From positions 1-47,058 of IMG/VR virus record IMGVR_UViG_3300039239_000038: a stretch of 47,058 bases of DNA. The stretch is one strand, 5' to 3'. Source of the DNA: a virus. Lineage: Duplodnaviria; Caudoviricetes. The position numbers and the translations under genes were made by a program. The notes under the pieces were generated by a model. That model did not search any database and was not told the DNA's origin. It saw only the letters and a program-made list of their open reading frames with translations. Below are positions 28,282-38,311 of this stretch, piece by piece (the first letter of the stretch is position 1; each line of letters opens with the position of its first letter).

Positions 28282-28970
28282 CGTTCTTCTCCCTCGTGGG
28301 TACGGTTCGCGTGGTTGGTGGGTTCGGTCATTTCGGTTCCTTCCTCGATCTGCTGGGTAAAGGTCTCCCCGCAGGAACGGCACACGCCCACACGAGCCAC
28401 CCCACCGCCCCGGGTGTCCACGTAGTCCCAGGTGACCTTGTGACGTCCGCATGTGTCGCACATGCCCGGGCGTGGGTGTGGGTGGATGCCGTGGACGGCT
28501 TTGAGTCGGCGGACGGTGGAGAACAGTTCCCGTTCGTCCTCGGTGAGGGCGAGGGTGTGGGCGGTGGGTGCGTGGTGGATCAGCCACCCCACCGTCAGGA
28601 GGGCCGCGTCCTTCGCCGTGGACGGGGACGTGAGCGCCCCGCCGGCAAGGTCAGGGGCATTCTGGCGGGTGTCCTCGGCGCGTTCCCACACGGCCGCCGC
28701 ATACCCCGTCAACAGGCCCCACAGGTACCCGGCGTCACGGGTGAGGGTTTCGTCGATCGTGTCGCCCAGGTCCCGGTGCTCGTTCCCGCCCGTGATCTGC
28801 AGCCGGTCGAACCTCGACCCGCCCCTCGAGACCCCGATGGTGGGTTGCGCGAGGGTGACGAGCATGGAGAGGACGTCGGGGATCTGCCCTAGGTGGTGTT
28901 CGAACTGGTGCACCCACCGGCGGTAGTCCAGGTCAGCGTGCTGCTCCGTAGTGAAGCCGATGTCGGACAT
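28278..28970 (-). CDS. Hypothetical protein with C-terminal Zn ribbon
   Basis: CDTC...CRSC. Confidence 0.65.
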   Translation of the reverse strand: MSDIGFTTEQHADLDYRRWVHQFEHHLGQIPDVLSMLVTLAQPTIGVSRGGSRFDRLQITGGNEHRDLGDTIDETLTRDAGYLWGLLTGYAAAVWERAEDTRQNAPDLAGGALTSPSTAKDAALLTVGWLIHHAPTAHTLALTEDERELFSTVRRLKAVHGIHPHPRPGMCDTCGRHKVTWDYVDTRGGGVARVGVCRSCGETFTQQIEEGTEMTEPTNHANRTHEGEER

Positions 28971-29161
28971 CAGAGCACCCCGCATCCGCAGGCACCGTTC
29001 AACGCCCGCTCAACGAAACACTCCGGGCACACGGGCCGGGGCTGCGGGCACTGCACATGCCCCCACCCGCCCTCGTGCTTCGTCACCCTCGTGCCGGCCG
29101 GGAACGTCTCCTCACACTCCGGGCATCGCCCTGGATGCCGCGCCTCGATCACGGCGCTCAC
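28970..29161 (-). CDS. Small Cys-rich protein
   Basis: ARHPGRCPEC...CPEC...CGC. Confidence 0.6.
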   Translation of the reverse strand: MSAVIEARHPGRCPECEETFPAGTRVTKHEGGWGHVQCPQPRPVCPECFVERALNGACGCGVL

Positions 29162-30456
29162 GCGGCCAGCTCCCACTCAATCGCCGGCACGCCGGGGCGT
29201 GCCAGGAGCATGCGCAGCGCTGCGATGGCCTGCTGCAGGACGACACCGTTCCCGCATGCCTTGAGCTGCTCCGCCCGGGACAGCCCGATGATGGATGCCG
29301 TCACCCAGCCGAAGGGCCAGCCCATCATCCACTCGGTGAGCTCCGGGTTGAGGCGGGCCTTCCCACCCTTCCCGTCCATCCGCACTGGCGATGGCGCGCG
29401 ACGCCCCATGACCTGCTCCCACCGCGCAATCGCCGCGGCGTACGGGCCCCACGACGACACCTCCCCGGTGACATTGATCTGACCGTGAGCGGCCGGCGAT
29501 GACGACCCCACCATCGGCGTCGGTAGCAACCGGCCACCCTCAGCCAGCTCGACCGCGATGCCCGGCAGCAGCTTCTCGTCGCCCCGGTCGCCGCCGCGCT
29601 GTGCGTTGCCGCCCGTTGCGTTCCCCACGGTTGGCGTTGGCAGCAGCTGTACGGCGATGGGGAGCGGCATCCCCATGCCGTTGCCGTTCACGCCGGTCGC
29701 CTTCACCCGGTCACGGCGCGCGGACCACGACTCGACCGACTCGCCGTCGTTCATCACGACCGTCGGCGTCGGCAGCAGCGTCAGAGCAGAGTCTGTACCG
29801 CCGAGCTCATCGCCAGATCCCCGCGACGACCCCGCTGATTCGGGCCGCCCTTCTCCCCATCCGATGCTCTCGGCGTCGGGAACAGTGCGCTCTGCGGGCC
29901 AGGCGAGTATGAAGACGCGGAGGCGGCCGTGGGGGGCTCCGATGTCGGATGCTCGGATGCTCGTCCATTCCGCATCGAACCCGAGCGCGGCCAGGTCAGC
30001 GAGAACGGCTCCGAGTGCCCGCAGAGCAGGTTCACTCGGTTCGTCTCCCAGACACCACGGGCAGGGTTCCACGTCGCTATGTGCTTCGGCACTGAGCAGA
30101 CCTCCAACGTTCTCGATGACCACCCAATCCGGGCGGTCTTCCGCTATCGAGCGGGCGAACTCCGACCACAGACCGGAGCGGGTGCCGTCGCGGAGACCCG
30201 CGCGGGCACCGGACACGGACACGTCCTGGCAGGGGAACCCGCCAGCGCGGACGTGCGTGTGCGGGACGGTCGTGAAGTCGACCTTCGTGACGTCGCCGTA
30301 GTTCGGCACGTCGGGGTAGTGGTGCGCGAGCACCTTCGACGGGGCGGCGTCGAACTCGCAGAACCACGCCGGCCGGGTGCCGAACACCTCGCCGACAGCA
30401 CGGCCCAGCATCCCGGTACCGGCGAACAGTTCACCTGACAAGATCTCGTCTCTCAT
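29158..30456 (-). CDS. DNA (cytosine-5) methyltransferase
   Basis: Motifs LFAGTG, GFPCQD, ENV, HGRLRVF, GNGV; internal LLPTP repeats. Confidence 0.9.
   Translation of the reverse strand: MRDEILSGELFAGTGMLGRAVGEVFGTRPAWFCEFDAAPSKVLAHHYPDVPNYGDVTKVDFTTVPHTHVRAGGFPCQDVSVSGARAGLRDGTRSGLWSEFARSIAEDRPDWVVIENVGGLLSAEAHSDVEPCPWCLGDEPSEPALRALGAVLADLAALGFDAEWTSIRASDIGAPHGRLRVFILAWPAERTVPDAESIGWGEGRPESAGSSRGSGDELGGTDSALTLLPTPTVVMNDGESVESWSARRDRVKATGVNGNGMGMPLPIAVQLLPTPTVGNATGGNAQRGGDRGDEKLLPGIAVELAEGGRLLPTPMVGSSSPAAHGQINVTGEVSSWGPYAAAIARWEQVMGRRAPSPVRMDGKGGKARLNPELTEWMMGWPFGWVTASIIGLSRAEQLKACGNGVVLQQAIAALRMLLARPGVPAIEWELAA
29781..30092 (-). CDS. Nested alternate-frame methyltransferase-associated polypeptide
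   Basis: GGAGG RBS (30105-30101) + GTG; ends with FPTPRASDG...VQTLL repeat unit like those of the host frame. Confidence 0.6.
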   Translation of the reverse strand: MPKHIATWNPARGVWETNRVNLLCGHSEPFSLTWPRSGSMRNGRASEHPTSEPPTAASASSYSPGPQSALFPTPRASDGEKGGPNQRGRRGDLAMSSAVQTLL

Positions 30457-30746
30457 GCCGCCCAGTCCTTTCGAAGTTCCTTCAGCTGCAGTGCGCTCTT
30501 CCCGCCCCAGATGCCCTCGTCCTGCTTCGTGCGCAGCGCGAAGGCAAGACACTGGACCCGCACGGTGCACTCGGCGCAGACCCGCTTCGCGCTCTTCGTG
30601 CTCCCGCCCTTCTCCGGGAAGAAGATCTCCGGGTCGGTCTCGGCGCAGCGGGCGTCCTGCATCCACGGCTCGGGGGTGATGAGGGATGCGGTGCCGGACC
30701 ATTGCACGTGCGGGTGCACGTGGGTGCCGGGGATCAGTTGGTCCAT
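30453..30746 (-). CDS. whiB: WhiB-family transcriptional regulator
   Basis: WMQDARC...FFP...CAECTVRVQC...GIWGG. Confidence 0.93.
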   Translation of the reverse strand: MDQLIPGTHVHPHVQWSGTASLITPEPWMQDARCAETDPEIFFPEKGGSTKSAKRVCAECTVRVQCLAFALRTKQDEGIWGGKSALQLKELRKDWAA

Positions 30747-30895
30747 CGGGTTTCTCCTGCTGCTTGATCTGCTCGGTACGCCGCGTGGCAGTCCTCGCAG
30801 TGGACGTCTGGCCAGTCGGCGGGTTTGGTGGTCTTCCGGCCGCAGTACCCGCGGCCAGGGGCACCGGGCGCGCACACCCGGGATGACTCGGTCAC
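30734..30895 (-). CDS. Small Cys-containing hypothetical protein
   Basis: GTGA coupling. Confidence 0.45.
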   Translation of the reverse strand: MTESSRVCAPGAPGRGYCGRKTTKPADWPDVHCEDCHAAYRADQAAGETRWTN

Positions 30896-31173
30896 AGGGG
30901 GACGAGTCGGATCAGGTCGCTGAGGACGCCACGCGCTCCACAGGAGCCGTGGAATGCGGCGTCGAGGGATGCGGCCACGATGACGCCGTGAGGGCCGCAG
31001 ACGAGGCCACACTGCTTCCCGCAGTGGGAGCAGAGCGCGGCGAGCTTCGCGGGGTGGCCGCATGTGATCCCGCGGATCTTCCACACGCAGCCGGGTTCGT
31101 CGTCGGCGTGCTCGGCGAGGTGACGGAGGACCTCGTCGTCGCGCTGCTCGACCGGGGACAGGGTGGCGGTCAC
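30892..31173 (-). CDS. Cys-rich hypothetical protein
   Basis: GTGA coupling. Confidence 0.55.
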   Translation of the reverse strand: MTATLSPVEQRDDEVLRHLAEHADDEPGCVWKIRGITCGHPAKLAALCSHCGKQCGLVCGPHGVIVAASLDAAFHGSCGARGVLSDLIRLVPL

Positions 31174-31601
31174 GACGTCGCTCCGATCTGCGCGAGGATC
31201 CGCGCGGTCGTGTCGTCGTCGAGGCGGCGGAGGCCGAGCGCGCCGCGGTACGGGATCGGCTCGGCCAGGGCGCGCGGGTTCGCGAGGAACATGTGCCACT
31301 GCCCCATCTCGGACCAGGGCGTGCATTCGCACAGACGTTTCCTCGGGTCGTGCACGTTCACGAGGTCGACGACGCCGATAATCGCTCCGAGCGGACGCAT
31401 GTGGCTTCCGTCTTCATCAACCGCGATGGGCGCATACAGCGGAGGCGGGCAGATCGTGGCATCCATGTCGTACGCGAGGCCAGCGTGGATCGCGATGGGT
31501 CCGCGGTAGTCCCCGGCGATGTTCCGCACTCGGTTCTCGACGGTCTTCCCGCCGTGGATGATGGCCCACGCCCACGGCTGGCGAACGGTGAGGATCCTCA
31601 T
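31170..31601 (-). CDS. ASCH domain protein
   Basis: LTVRQPWAWAIIHGGKTVENR...IAIHAG...GAIIG. Confidence 0.88.
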   Translation of the reverse strand: MRILTVRQPWAWAIIHGGKTVENRVRNIAGDYRGPIAIHAGLAYDMDATICPPPLYAPIAVDEDGSHMRPLGAIIGVVDLVNVHDPRKRLCECTPWSEMGQWHMFLANPRALAEPIPYRGALGLRRLDDDTTARILAQIGATS

Positions 31602-32014
31602 GACCGCACCCCCGGTGCTTCGACCGGGCCAGGGCAGGCGGACACCTGGATCGCGGTGCTCGTCGCCCGGGTCCCGCAGCGTGCGCACACGGGGTTGGTC
31701 GAGAACGTGTCCTCGGTCCACCGCCAGTCGTGCAAGAGCACACCCTCTGCCTCCCGGATGATGCCTTCGATCCGCGTGTCCACGTCGAACCCGTGCTGTG
31801 CGGTTCTGTGCGCCCGCTGCACGCCCGTTTCCCCCGCAGCCTTCTCCGCATCCGCCGCGGCTTGGATGAGCTGCTGTGCGAGCGCACGCGCCGTCTCCGG
31901 CAGCATGTGGGTCCGGTGGCCGTCCGGGGTGGGGAACGTGAGGAGTTCCACCTCCCCGTCATCCGTCCAATCAGCCTCAGCGATCTCGACCGTCTTCGAC
32001 TCCCGGAGGATCAC
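31598..32014 (-). CDS. Hypothetical protein
   Basis: Coupled ORF. Confidence 0.55.
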   Translation of the reverse strand: MILRESKTVEIAEADWTDDGEVELLTFPTPDGHRTHMLPETARALAQQLIQAAADAEKAAGETGVQRAHRTAQHGFDVDTRIEGIIREAEGVLLHDWRWTEDTFSTNPVCARCGTRATSTAIQVSACPGPVEAPGVRS

Positions 32015-32418
32015 AGCCCCAGCCCCTCACGGATCTGGCGGTCATCGTCCGGTCCCGGCGTCTCGCCGATCAGGACTAGGTACGCGATGAGGTTGGCGAT
32101 GCGCTGCTGCTCCACCAACGCGAGCGTCGCGTGCACCTGGGCCGCCGCGATCACGTCGCTCTTGGACTCGCCCGTCTCCGAGGTCCACTCCTGCGACGGT
32201 CGTTGATCCGCGATGCCGAGCAAACGGAGAGCTTCATCGGCACCTGTGGCGCGGACGTGCGCGTAGCGCAGCTTCACCTTCGTGACGTCCGCGTCGGGGT
32301 AGAACGTCACGCCGTTCTGCCAACCCCCCTTCGTCTTCTCCGCGATCGGGTACTCGGTGAGGTCACCGCGCGTCACCTCGATGCGCGCGATGGTCCCGTT
32401 TTCGATGACGTCGGTCAT
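32011..32418 (-). CDS. Hypothetical protein
   Basis: ATGA coupling; ATLALVEQQRIANLIAY motif. Confidence 0.6.
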   Translation of the reverse strand: MTDVIENGTIARIEVTRGDLTEYPIAEKTKGGWQNGVTFYPDADVTKVKLRYAHVRATGADEALRLLGIADQRPSQEWTSETGESKSDVIAAAQVHATLALVEQQRIANLIAYLVLIGETPGPDDDRQIREGLGL

Positions 32419-32630
32419 GACTGCTCCCATCCGAGGGCGGCGCGCACCTCAGCACGCCGCGCGTTCTTCTCCTCGACCGCGGCCTGCGTGACCGGGTTCG
32501 TGTACGTCTTGTCGTCGTGCTTGAGCACCGCCGCCGGCAGGGCGAGCGCGGTGAGCTGATTCGCCAACCGGAGTTGCGCGGTGAGGTCGTCGATCGCGTC
32601 GACCTGCGTGCGCCTCCCTGACGCGCTCAA
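32415..32630 (-). CDS. Hypothetical protein
   Basis: TTGA overlap with ssb stop. Confidence 0.5.
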   Translation of the reverse strand: MSASGRRTQVDAIDDLTAQLRLANQLTALALPAAVLKHDDKTYTNPVTQAAVEEKNARRAEVRAALGWEQS

Positions 32631-33073
32631 AACGGGGTCTCCGAATCGGAGGAGCCGGGAGTGATCCACGGCTCGTCAGCGGGCGCTTGACGCTGCCCAG
32701 ACCCACCCCCACCGGAACGGGTCACCTGCGCCGTCGCGTAGCGGAGCGAGGGGCCGATCTCGTCGACCTCCAGCTCGATCGCCGTGCGGTTCTGGCCCTC
32801 GCGGTCCTGGTAGGCCCGCTGCTTGAGCCGGCCCTGCGCGATCACCCGGGTGCCCTTCGTGATCGACTGCCCGACGTGCTCCGCCGGGTCACCCCAGACC
32901 GAGCAGCGGAGGAACAGGGCATCCCCGTCCTTCCACTCGTTCGACTGCCGGTCGAATGCCCGTGGGGTCGACGCGATGGTGAAGTTCGCGACGGGCTTGC
33001 CGTTCTGCGCATACCGCAGCTCCGGATCCGCGACCGCGTTCCCGACGACGGTGATGATGGTTTCATTGGCCAT
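32627..33073 (-). CDS. ssb: Single-stranded DNA-binding protein
   Basis: ITVVGN...DPELR...[12 protein letters not shown], acidic PF tail. Confidence 0.95.
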   Translation of the reverse strand: MANETIITVVGNAVADPELRYAQNGKPVANFTIASTPRAFDRQSNEWKDGDALFLRCSVWGDPAEHVGQSITKGTRVIAQGRLKQRAYQDREGQNRTAIELEVDEIGPSLRYATAQVTRSGGGGSGQRQAPADEPWITPGSSDSETPF

Positions 33074-33084
33074 GCTGTGCCTCC

Positions 33085-34368
33085 TCAGGCGATGAATTCG
33101 TTGGCTTGGTACTTCGACAGGACCCGGGAGAACTGCCCCTGCCAGATGAGCGTCAGTTCCCCGGTCTGCCCCTGACGGTTCTTCGCGACGATGACCTTCA
33201 ACTCGTCACGGCCCGGGGCCCGGAACCGGTGCAGCAGCAACACGACATCCGCGTCCTGCTCGATGGCTCCGGACTCGCGCAGGTCGGTCAGCTGCGGTTC
33301 CGCGGCCTTCCCCTTCCGGCCGGCGTTCGCACGGTTCAGCTGCGACAGGGCGATCACCGGGACAAGCCACTGCTGCGCGGCGAGCTTCAACGCCCGCGAG
33401 AACCCCGCCACCGCCTGCTGCCGGTTCTCGACCCGCTCGTGCGTGTTCAGTAGCTGCAGGTAGTCGACGATCACGACCGGGTTGCGCCGGTAGATGCGGT
33501 GCACGGACCGGACGGCGGCTTTCAGCTGCGGGATGGTGGACACGTGCGACGAGTCGACGATGACGATCGGCAGCTTCTCGAAGTGTGCGGCGGCCACCTC
33601 AGCCGCTTCGGTCTCCGTGTTCGACAGCCGGTGCTTGTTCAACGACCCGATGAACACCTGGCTGTGCGCGGCGATCATGCGGCCCGCGATCTCCTCACGC
33701 GCCATCTCGAGCGACACGAACAGGACCGGCCGGTGCTCCGCGAACGCGAGGGCGATCTGCACCGCCATCATCGATTTCCCGTCGCCGGGTCTCGCGGCGG
33801 CGACGTACATGCCCCCGTCGCGGAACCCGAAGATCAGCTGGTTCAGGTCATGCCACGGTGTCGGCGTGTACGACGGTTTCTCCGCCAGTCCGGCGACGTA
33901 GTCCCGGATCCACGACCCGATCGGATGGACACCCTTCACGACCCCCGCGTCGACGTCGTCGAACGCCGCCCTCGCGAGCTCCACCATGTCCTCAGTGGGG
34001 AGGCCCTGGTCGTTCGCGAGCGCGATCGCTTTCGCTGCCCCGTCCCGCACGCGGCGCCGTTTCGCTTCGTCGAGGACGATGCCCGCGTGATACCCGGCAG
34101 CGGACGCTGTGGCCACCGCGTCGGTGAGGGAGTAGATCAGCGTCGCGTCGACATGCCCCACGAGCTCCCCTGCGGCTGCCAGAGCCGCTTCCACGGCGAC
34201 AGCGTCCGTAGGGTCCCCTGCGTCGTGCAGTCGCCGCACAGCGGCGTACACGGCCTGGTGTGCCGGGGTTGAGAAGTCCGAGGGTTGCAGGATCTCCGCG
34301 ACCTCGTCGTACGCGGCCGGGTCGAGCATGACCGCACCGAGAACAGAACGCTCCGCCTCCACGCTCAC
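33085..34368 (-). CDS. dnaB: DnaB-like replicative helicase
   Basis: [37 protein letters not shown]. Confidence 0.95.
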   Translation of the reverse strand: MSVEAERSVLGAVMLDPAAYDEVAEILQPSDFSTPAHQAVYAAVRRLHDAGDPTDAVAVEAALAAAGELVGHVDATLIYSLTDAVATASAAGYHAGIVLDEAKRRRVRDGAAKAIALANDQGLPTEDMVELARAAFDDVDAGVVKGVHPIGSWIRDYVAGLAEKPSYTPTPWHDLNQLIFGFRDGGMYVAAARPGDGKSMMAVQIALAFAEHRPVLFVSLEMAREEIAGRMIAAHSQVFIGSLNKHRLSNTETEAAEVAAAHFEKLPIVIVDSSHVSTIPQLKAAVRSVHRIYRRNPVVIVDYLQLLNTHERVENRQQAVAGFSRALKLAAQQWLVPVIALSQLNRANAGRKGKAAEPQLTDLRESGAIEQDADVVLLLHRFRAPGRDELKVIVAKNRQGQTGELTLIWQGQFSRVLSKYQANEFIA

Positions 34369-34667
34369 GACGTCACCGCCCGTCGCTCCGCAGCGAGACG
34401 CTGCTCCGTCACATTCCCCGCGTACGACACCGACACCGGAGGCGCGAACTGCTCAGCGAGCGCGATGATGTCCGCCGGCATGATCGGGTCCCGGCTGTGC
34501 TGGTAGTGCTGATCCAGCGCCCACGCCGCAGCCTTGACCGGAACGTCGGCGAGCAGACGAGCCCACGACGTCGCCATGTCCGCCCGCTCCTCCGGATTGT
34601 TCCGGCGCATCCGCACGTCGAGACGACCCGCCTCCGTGAACAGCGCGTTCACCTCGAACGGAGTCAT
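34365..34667 (-). CDS. Putative helicase loader/inhibitor
   Basis: WARLLADV...HY...IMPADI; between initiator and helicase. Confidence 0.55.
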   Translation of the reverse strand: MTPFEVNALFTEAGRLDVRMRRNNPEERADMATSWARLLADVPVKAAAWALDQHYQHSRDPIMPADIIALAEQFAPPVSVSYAGNVTEQRLAAERRAVTS

Positions 34668-35404
34668 GCGGTCACCGCCCGCTGCTGACGAGCCGCGAGG
34701 ATGTCGTGCACCTGCGCACCCTGCTCGTACGACGACACCGAACCAGGACGGGAGCCCTGCTCCTCCTGCCGGAACTCGGCCTGCTTCCGCAGCCAGTTCG
34801 TGAACCCGGCATTCCAGTTCTTCAGCCGGCGGTGCTTCCGTACCGCGTGCTCACGGAACCGCTGGTACTCGGCGCGCACGTCGAGGTGCAGCGCAGCGGC
34901 CTTATCGATGTGACTCTGGTTCGGTCTCCACTCGTCCGGGATGAGCGTCCCGTCGACGGATTCATCCGGCGACAGAAGAACCTGGTCTTCTTCCAGATGG
35001 TGTTCTGTGGACTGGTGTTCTCTTGTGTTCGGTTCTCCGCCGTCGGCTGAACCGCTTGCGGCTGAACCGCTTGCGGAGAATCGACCGGTGTCCGATTTTC
35101 GGGAAGCGGTCGGATCGGTCAGCCGGTACTCGACCTCACCGAACTGCCCGCGCGATCCGCGGCCCTGCTCGACCTCGAGATACCCCGCCTCCCGCAGCTC
35201 GTCGACCGCGGCTCGGATCGCGTGACGCCCCTCGGTGCCCTCTTTCGCGAGGCCCTCGATGGTGAGCCGCCAGCCCACCCGGTGCGACAGGATCTCCGTC
35301 AGCAGTCCCCGCGCCCGACGCGAGAGCTTCTTGTCTCTCGCCCAGTCGTTCGGGACCTGCGTGAACTGGCCCTCGAAGGCCAGCCCAGCTCGCAGAATGC
35401 CCAT
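34664..35404 (-). CDS. Replication initiator (wHTH + DnaT-like C-terminus)
   Basis: FTQVPN...LSRRARGLL...ELREAGYL; WNAGFTNWL. Confidence 0.8.
   Translation of the reverse strand: MGILRAGLAFEGQFTQVPNDWARDKKLSRRARGLLTEILSHRVGWRLTIEGLAKEGTEGRHAIRAAVDELREAGYLEVEQGRGSRGQFGEVEYRLTDPTASRKSDTGRFSASGSAASGSADGGEPNTREHQSTEHHLEEDQVLLSPDESVDGTLIPDEWRPNQSHIDKAAALHLDVRAEYQRFREHAVRKHRRLKNWNAGFTNWLRKQAEFRQEEQGSRPGSVSSYEQGAQVHDILAARQQRAVTA
34982..35076. repeat. Candidate replication-origin iterons within initiator gene
   Basis: CGGCTGAACCGCTTG x2 (35044-35073); TGGT(G/C)TTCT x3 at 15-bp spacing. Confidence 0.55.
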
Positions 35405-35805
35405 CAGCTGTTCCCTTCCACTTCCACGGCGCGGCCGTCCACGGTCAGCAACCACCACCCACCGGACAGCCGGCGCACACGCACCCGCTCCGGCCTGTAC
35501 TCATCGGTCCGCGCCGTTCCCGGGATCAGATACCCGAGCTCGAACGCGACGTCCCTGTTCTTCTCTGCCCAGTGGTGACACCCGGTAGGCGAAGTCGCGT
35601 GACCGCAGAGGGTCAGCGCGTTCGCCGGGCTGTTCACCATCGGGTCCTTCGACCCGCCCATGCCGCGCGGGCGACGGTGGTGCAGCGACCACCCGAACCC
35701 GCGCTCGTGCCACTGCAAGGGCCGGAGGCAGCGGAAGCACCTCTCCCTGTCCCGGTCGAAGAACACGAGCCGCACCGTCGCCGGGGTGAACTCCCCCACG
35801 GCCAT
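35404..35805 (-). CDS. HNH endonuclease
   Basis: CFRC...HHRRPRGMGG...NALTLCG...GCH. Confidence 0.8.
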   Translation of the reverse strand: MAVGEFTPATVRLVFFDRDRERCFRCLRPLQWHERGFGWSLHHRRPRGMGGSKDPMVNSPANALTLCGHATSPTGCHHWAEKNRDVAFELGYLIPGTARTDEYRPERVRVRRLSGGWWLLTVDGRAVEVEGNS

Positions 35806-35981
35806 CAGGACCACCACCCCGGGGCGGTGCCCCAGTGGATGCCAGCTTCGCGGGCGATCTCGTCCGGTGTCGGGGTCTGCCCGAGCCCCTTGGCCAGGTC
35901 TCCGCGGGCGCACCGCAGCATGACGATCCCGTCCTCGGTGGTGACGGTGAGCTTGTGTGTCTTCCGCTCGTGCGCGCCCAT
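35805..35981 (-). CDS. Hypothetical protein
   Basis: TGATG coupling. Confidence 0.5.
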   Translation of the reverse strand: MGAHERKTHKLTVTTEDGIVMLRCARGDLAKGLGQTPTPDEIAREAGIHWGTAPGWWS

Positions 35982-36424
35982 CAGGCACCTCCGCCGTACG
36001 TCTCGGCTGTGCGCATCTGCCGTGCGTCGACCGCATCCGACCGGGTCTTGTCGATGTCCTTGTCCACCGTGCGGAGGTGTTCCTTCACACCCCGCCATGC
36101 GGCTTCGGCTTCGTGCATCCGGTTCCGGTGTGGTTGCGCATCGGCATCAGCGATGACCGTCGCAGCCGACACCGAACGGCCAGCCTCGACCTCGGCCCGC
36201 TTCCGCTCCTTGAGCGTCGTCTCGTACTTCGATCGGGCTGTCCCGACCGTCGTCGCCGCGGCTGCGTGTGCTCGCCCGAGGACACCGCGGGTGATGATCA
36301 GCCGCTCCATGTGCGACTCACCGGCTGCGTCCTTCAACGCGTCGAACAGGTCCGCGTGCAACGCGTTGCCCGGGTCGAACGGGGCGATACCGAGGCGGGC
36401 GATGAACCTCTCCAGCGGGGTCAT
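35981..36424 (-). CDS. Hypothetical helical protein
   Basis: ATGA coupling. Confidence 0.6.
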   Translation of the reverse strand: MTPLERFIARLGIAPFDPGNALHADLFDALKDAAGESHMERLIITRGVLGRAHAAAATTVGTARSKYETTLKERKRAEVEAGRSVSAATVIADADAQPHRNRMHEAEAAWRGVKEHLRTVDKDIDKTRSDAVDARQMRTAETYGGGA

Positions 36425-36594
36425 GCGACACGCCCCCGACCCGCGGCGACCGCGATCTCCAGCTGCCGTTCCGGGGACACTAGACCCGACACCCGCACCG
36501 GCCACACCACCCCGCCGAACGTGTCCATCCGACGGTGCAGCCGCACCTCGTACGAGGCGAGGTAGCGGGAGAACCCTGCAGCCCACCCGTTCAC
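36421..36594 (-). CDS. Hypothetical protein (57 aa)
   Basis: Coupled at both ends. Confidence 0.5.
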   Translation of the reverse strand: MNGWAAGFSRYLASYEVRLHRRMDTFGGVVWPVRVSGLVSPERQLEIAVAAGRGRVA

Positions 36595-36917
36595 GACCAG
36601 GCCTCCCCGTCACTCGATCGCGGGACAGGTCTGGTAGCCGCCTCCACGGGATCTGCAGCGTGGCTGAGTACGTCACGGCGAGGAGAGCTCTCCCAGTCGG
36701 TGGGGTACTGGCTCACCTCCGGACGAGACCACGTGATCGAAAGCTGCTTGTGGATGCGGCGGTCGAAGTACAGTTCGTCCGGCAGACGAAACGCCACGCC
36801 GATGACCTGCCCCGGGTAGCGGTTCAGCATCACGAGCGGAGCACGCTCGGCAGGAGTGACCACCACTGCACGCCACGGCCACCGAAGATTCCCAAGACCC
36901 TTGATCCGGACAGTCAT
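36591..36917 (-). CDS. Hypothetical protein
   Basis: Coupled ORF. Confidence 0.5.
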   Translation of the reverse strand: MTVRIKGLGNLRWPWRAVVVTPAERAPLVMLNRYPGQVIGVAFRLPDELYFDRRIHKQLSITWSRPEVSQYPTDWESSPRRDVLSHAADPVEAATRPVPRSSDGEAWS

Positions 36918-37285
36918 GACGTCGCCGCCTTATCGACCCGGACCCGCTCCGACGTCCGCAGCTCGTAGACAACCTCAGCCCCACCATCGGTACGCGCCGT
37001 CACGTACACGCAACCCGGCGACCCGTGGTGCCGAACCGCGACAACGGTGGAAACCCCGCCAGAGAGGCGCACAACGTCGCCCAGGCGCACATGCCGTGCC
37101 TCCACCATCCCCGGGATCAGCCCGCCGAGCACCCGCCAGTCCAGGTGAGCGGCCGCCCACTCCGCCCCAGCACGGAACCCATCCGCGGAACAGATCCGGG
37201 TGACCTCGTTCTCCGGGCCGAAGTTCGCCGGCTCCCACGAGTACGCCGTGACCGCGTCATCCAGCGACGCCGTGAACCCGCTCAT
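36914..37285 (-). CDS. Hypothetical protein
   Basis: Coupled ORF. Confidence 0.55.
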   Translation of the reverse strand: MSGFTASLDDAVTAYSWEPANFGPENEVTRICSADGFRAGAEWAAAHLDWRVLGGLIPGMVEARHVRLGDVVRLSGGVSTVVAVRHHGSPGCVYVTARTDGGAEVVYELRTSERVRVDKAATS

Positions 37286-38310
37286 GCCGGGACCTCCGCC
37301 GTCGGCCAGTCCGCCACCGGCTCACCCGAAGCCACCGGCTCAGCGGGCGCCCACGCATCCGGGTCCGGCCCACCAAGCTCCGCACGCCGCGCAGCCATCG
37401 CGTCCGCGTACGCCTTGACCCCGTCGATCCTGAGGCCCTTCGCGTGAGCGTCGATCTTGTCGAGCTCGGACGCGTCGGGAGCCTTCGCGATCGCCGCCAC
37501 CGCCGCCGCGACTTTGTCCGCCGCGGTCTCCCGCGACACCTCGTTGCCCGCACGGTCCGCCACGGTCGTCGCATGCGTCCGCTCTCCCGCACCCGACCCG
37601 ATGCCCAGGTCGGCCCACAGCTTCTCCACCGTGAACCCCGGGTACTGGCGGGGACCCTCGAGCATCACCCGGATCGACTTCAGCTTCGTGATCAGGAACT
37701 GGCCCCGCTCCCGCAGCTCCACCACCCCGGCCGCGTCGAACACCAGCGACTTGTGCGCCTGAACCTTCCAGTCCTTCGCCCCGGTCGGCTGCCCGTTCTC
37801 CATCACCGCAACCGGATCCAGGCGGGCAGTCAGCACCACCGGGCCCTGGTGCAGACGGAGCGTGTTCATCACGTCGTTCCACTGGTCCGCCGCGAGGTTC
37901 CACAGATCCATCGAGATCGTGAAGTCCCCGTTCGGGTTCCGCCGGCCCTTCGCCCGCTTGTTCGCGATCGCCTGCACGTTGTCCTGGATCAGCGTCCACA
38001 GCCGCGACATCGAGTCCACGACGATCAACGTCTGCAGATCACCCACAGCGGGTTCCTCCACCGCCGCCTTGATCGCGGCGAGGATCCCCGGGTACGTTCC
38101 GTCGTTGACGACGATGTCGAACTCGACACCCGGGATCAGCGAGTACTCGTCCGGGTCGTCCTCACCGATCCCGATGTACAGCGTCCGACCCACCAGGGGC
38201 GACGCTGATGCGGAGAGCGCCGCGAACGTCTTTCCCGCACCTTCTCGTCCTGCGAGCAGCAGGATCGGCCACGACGGTCTCCCCGTCGGCCTCCTCGTAG
38301 TCAGCACCAT
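37282..38310 (-). CDS. AAA/Sak4-like ATPase recombinase
   Basis: Walker A GREGAGKT, Walker B LIVVDS. Confidence 0.8.
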   Translation of the reverse strand: MVLTTRRPTGRPSWPILLLAGREGAGKTFAALSASASPLVGRTLYIGIGEDDPDEYSLIPGVEFDIVVNDGTYPGILAAIKAAVEEPAVGDLQTLIVVDSMSRLWTLIQDNVQAIANKRAKGRRNPNGDFTISMDLWNLAADQWNDVMNTLRLHQGPVVLTARLDPVAVMENGQPTGAKDWKVQAHKSLVFDAAGVVELRERGQFLITKLKSIRVMLEGPRQYPGFTVEKLWADLGIGSGAGERTHATTVADRAGNEVSRETAADKVAAAVAAIAKAPDASELDKIDAHAKGLRIDGVKAYADAMAARRAELGGPDPDAWAPAEPVASGEPVADWPTAEVPA

Positions 38311-38311
38311 C

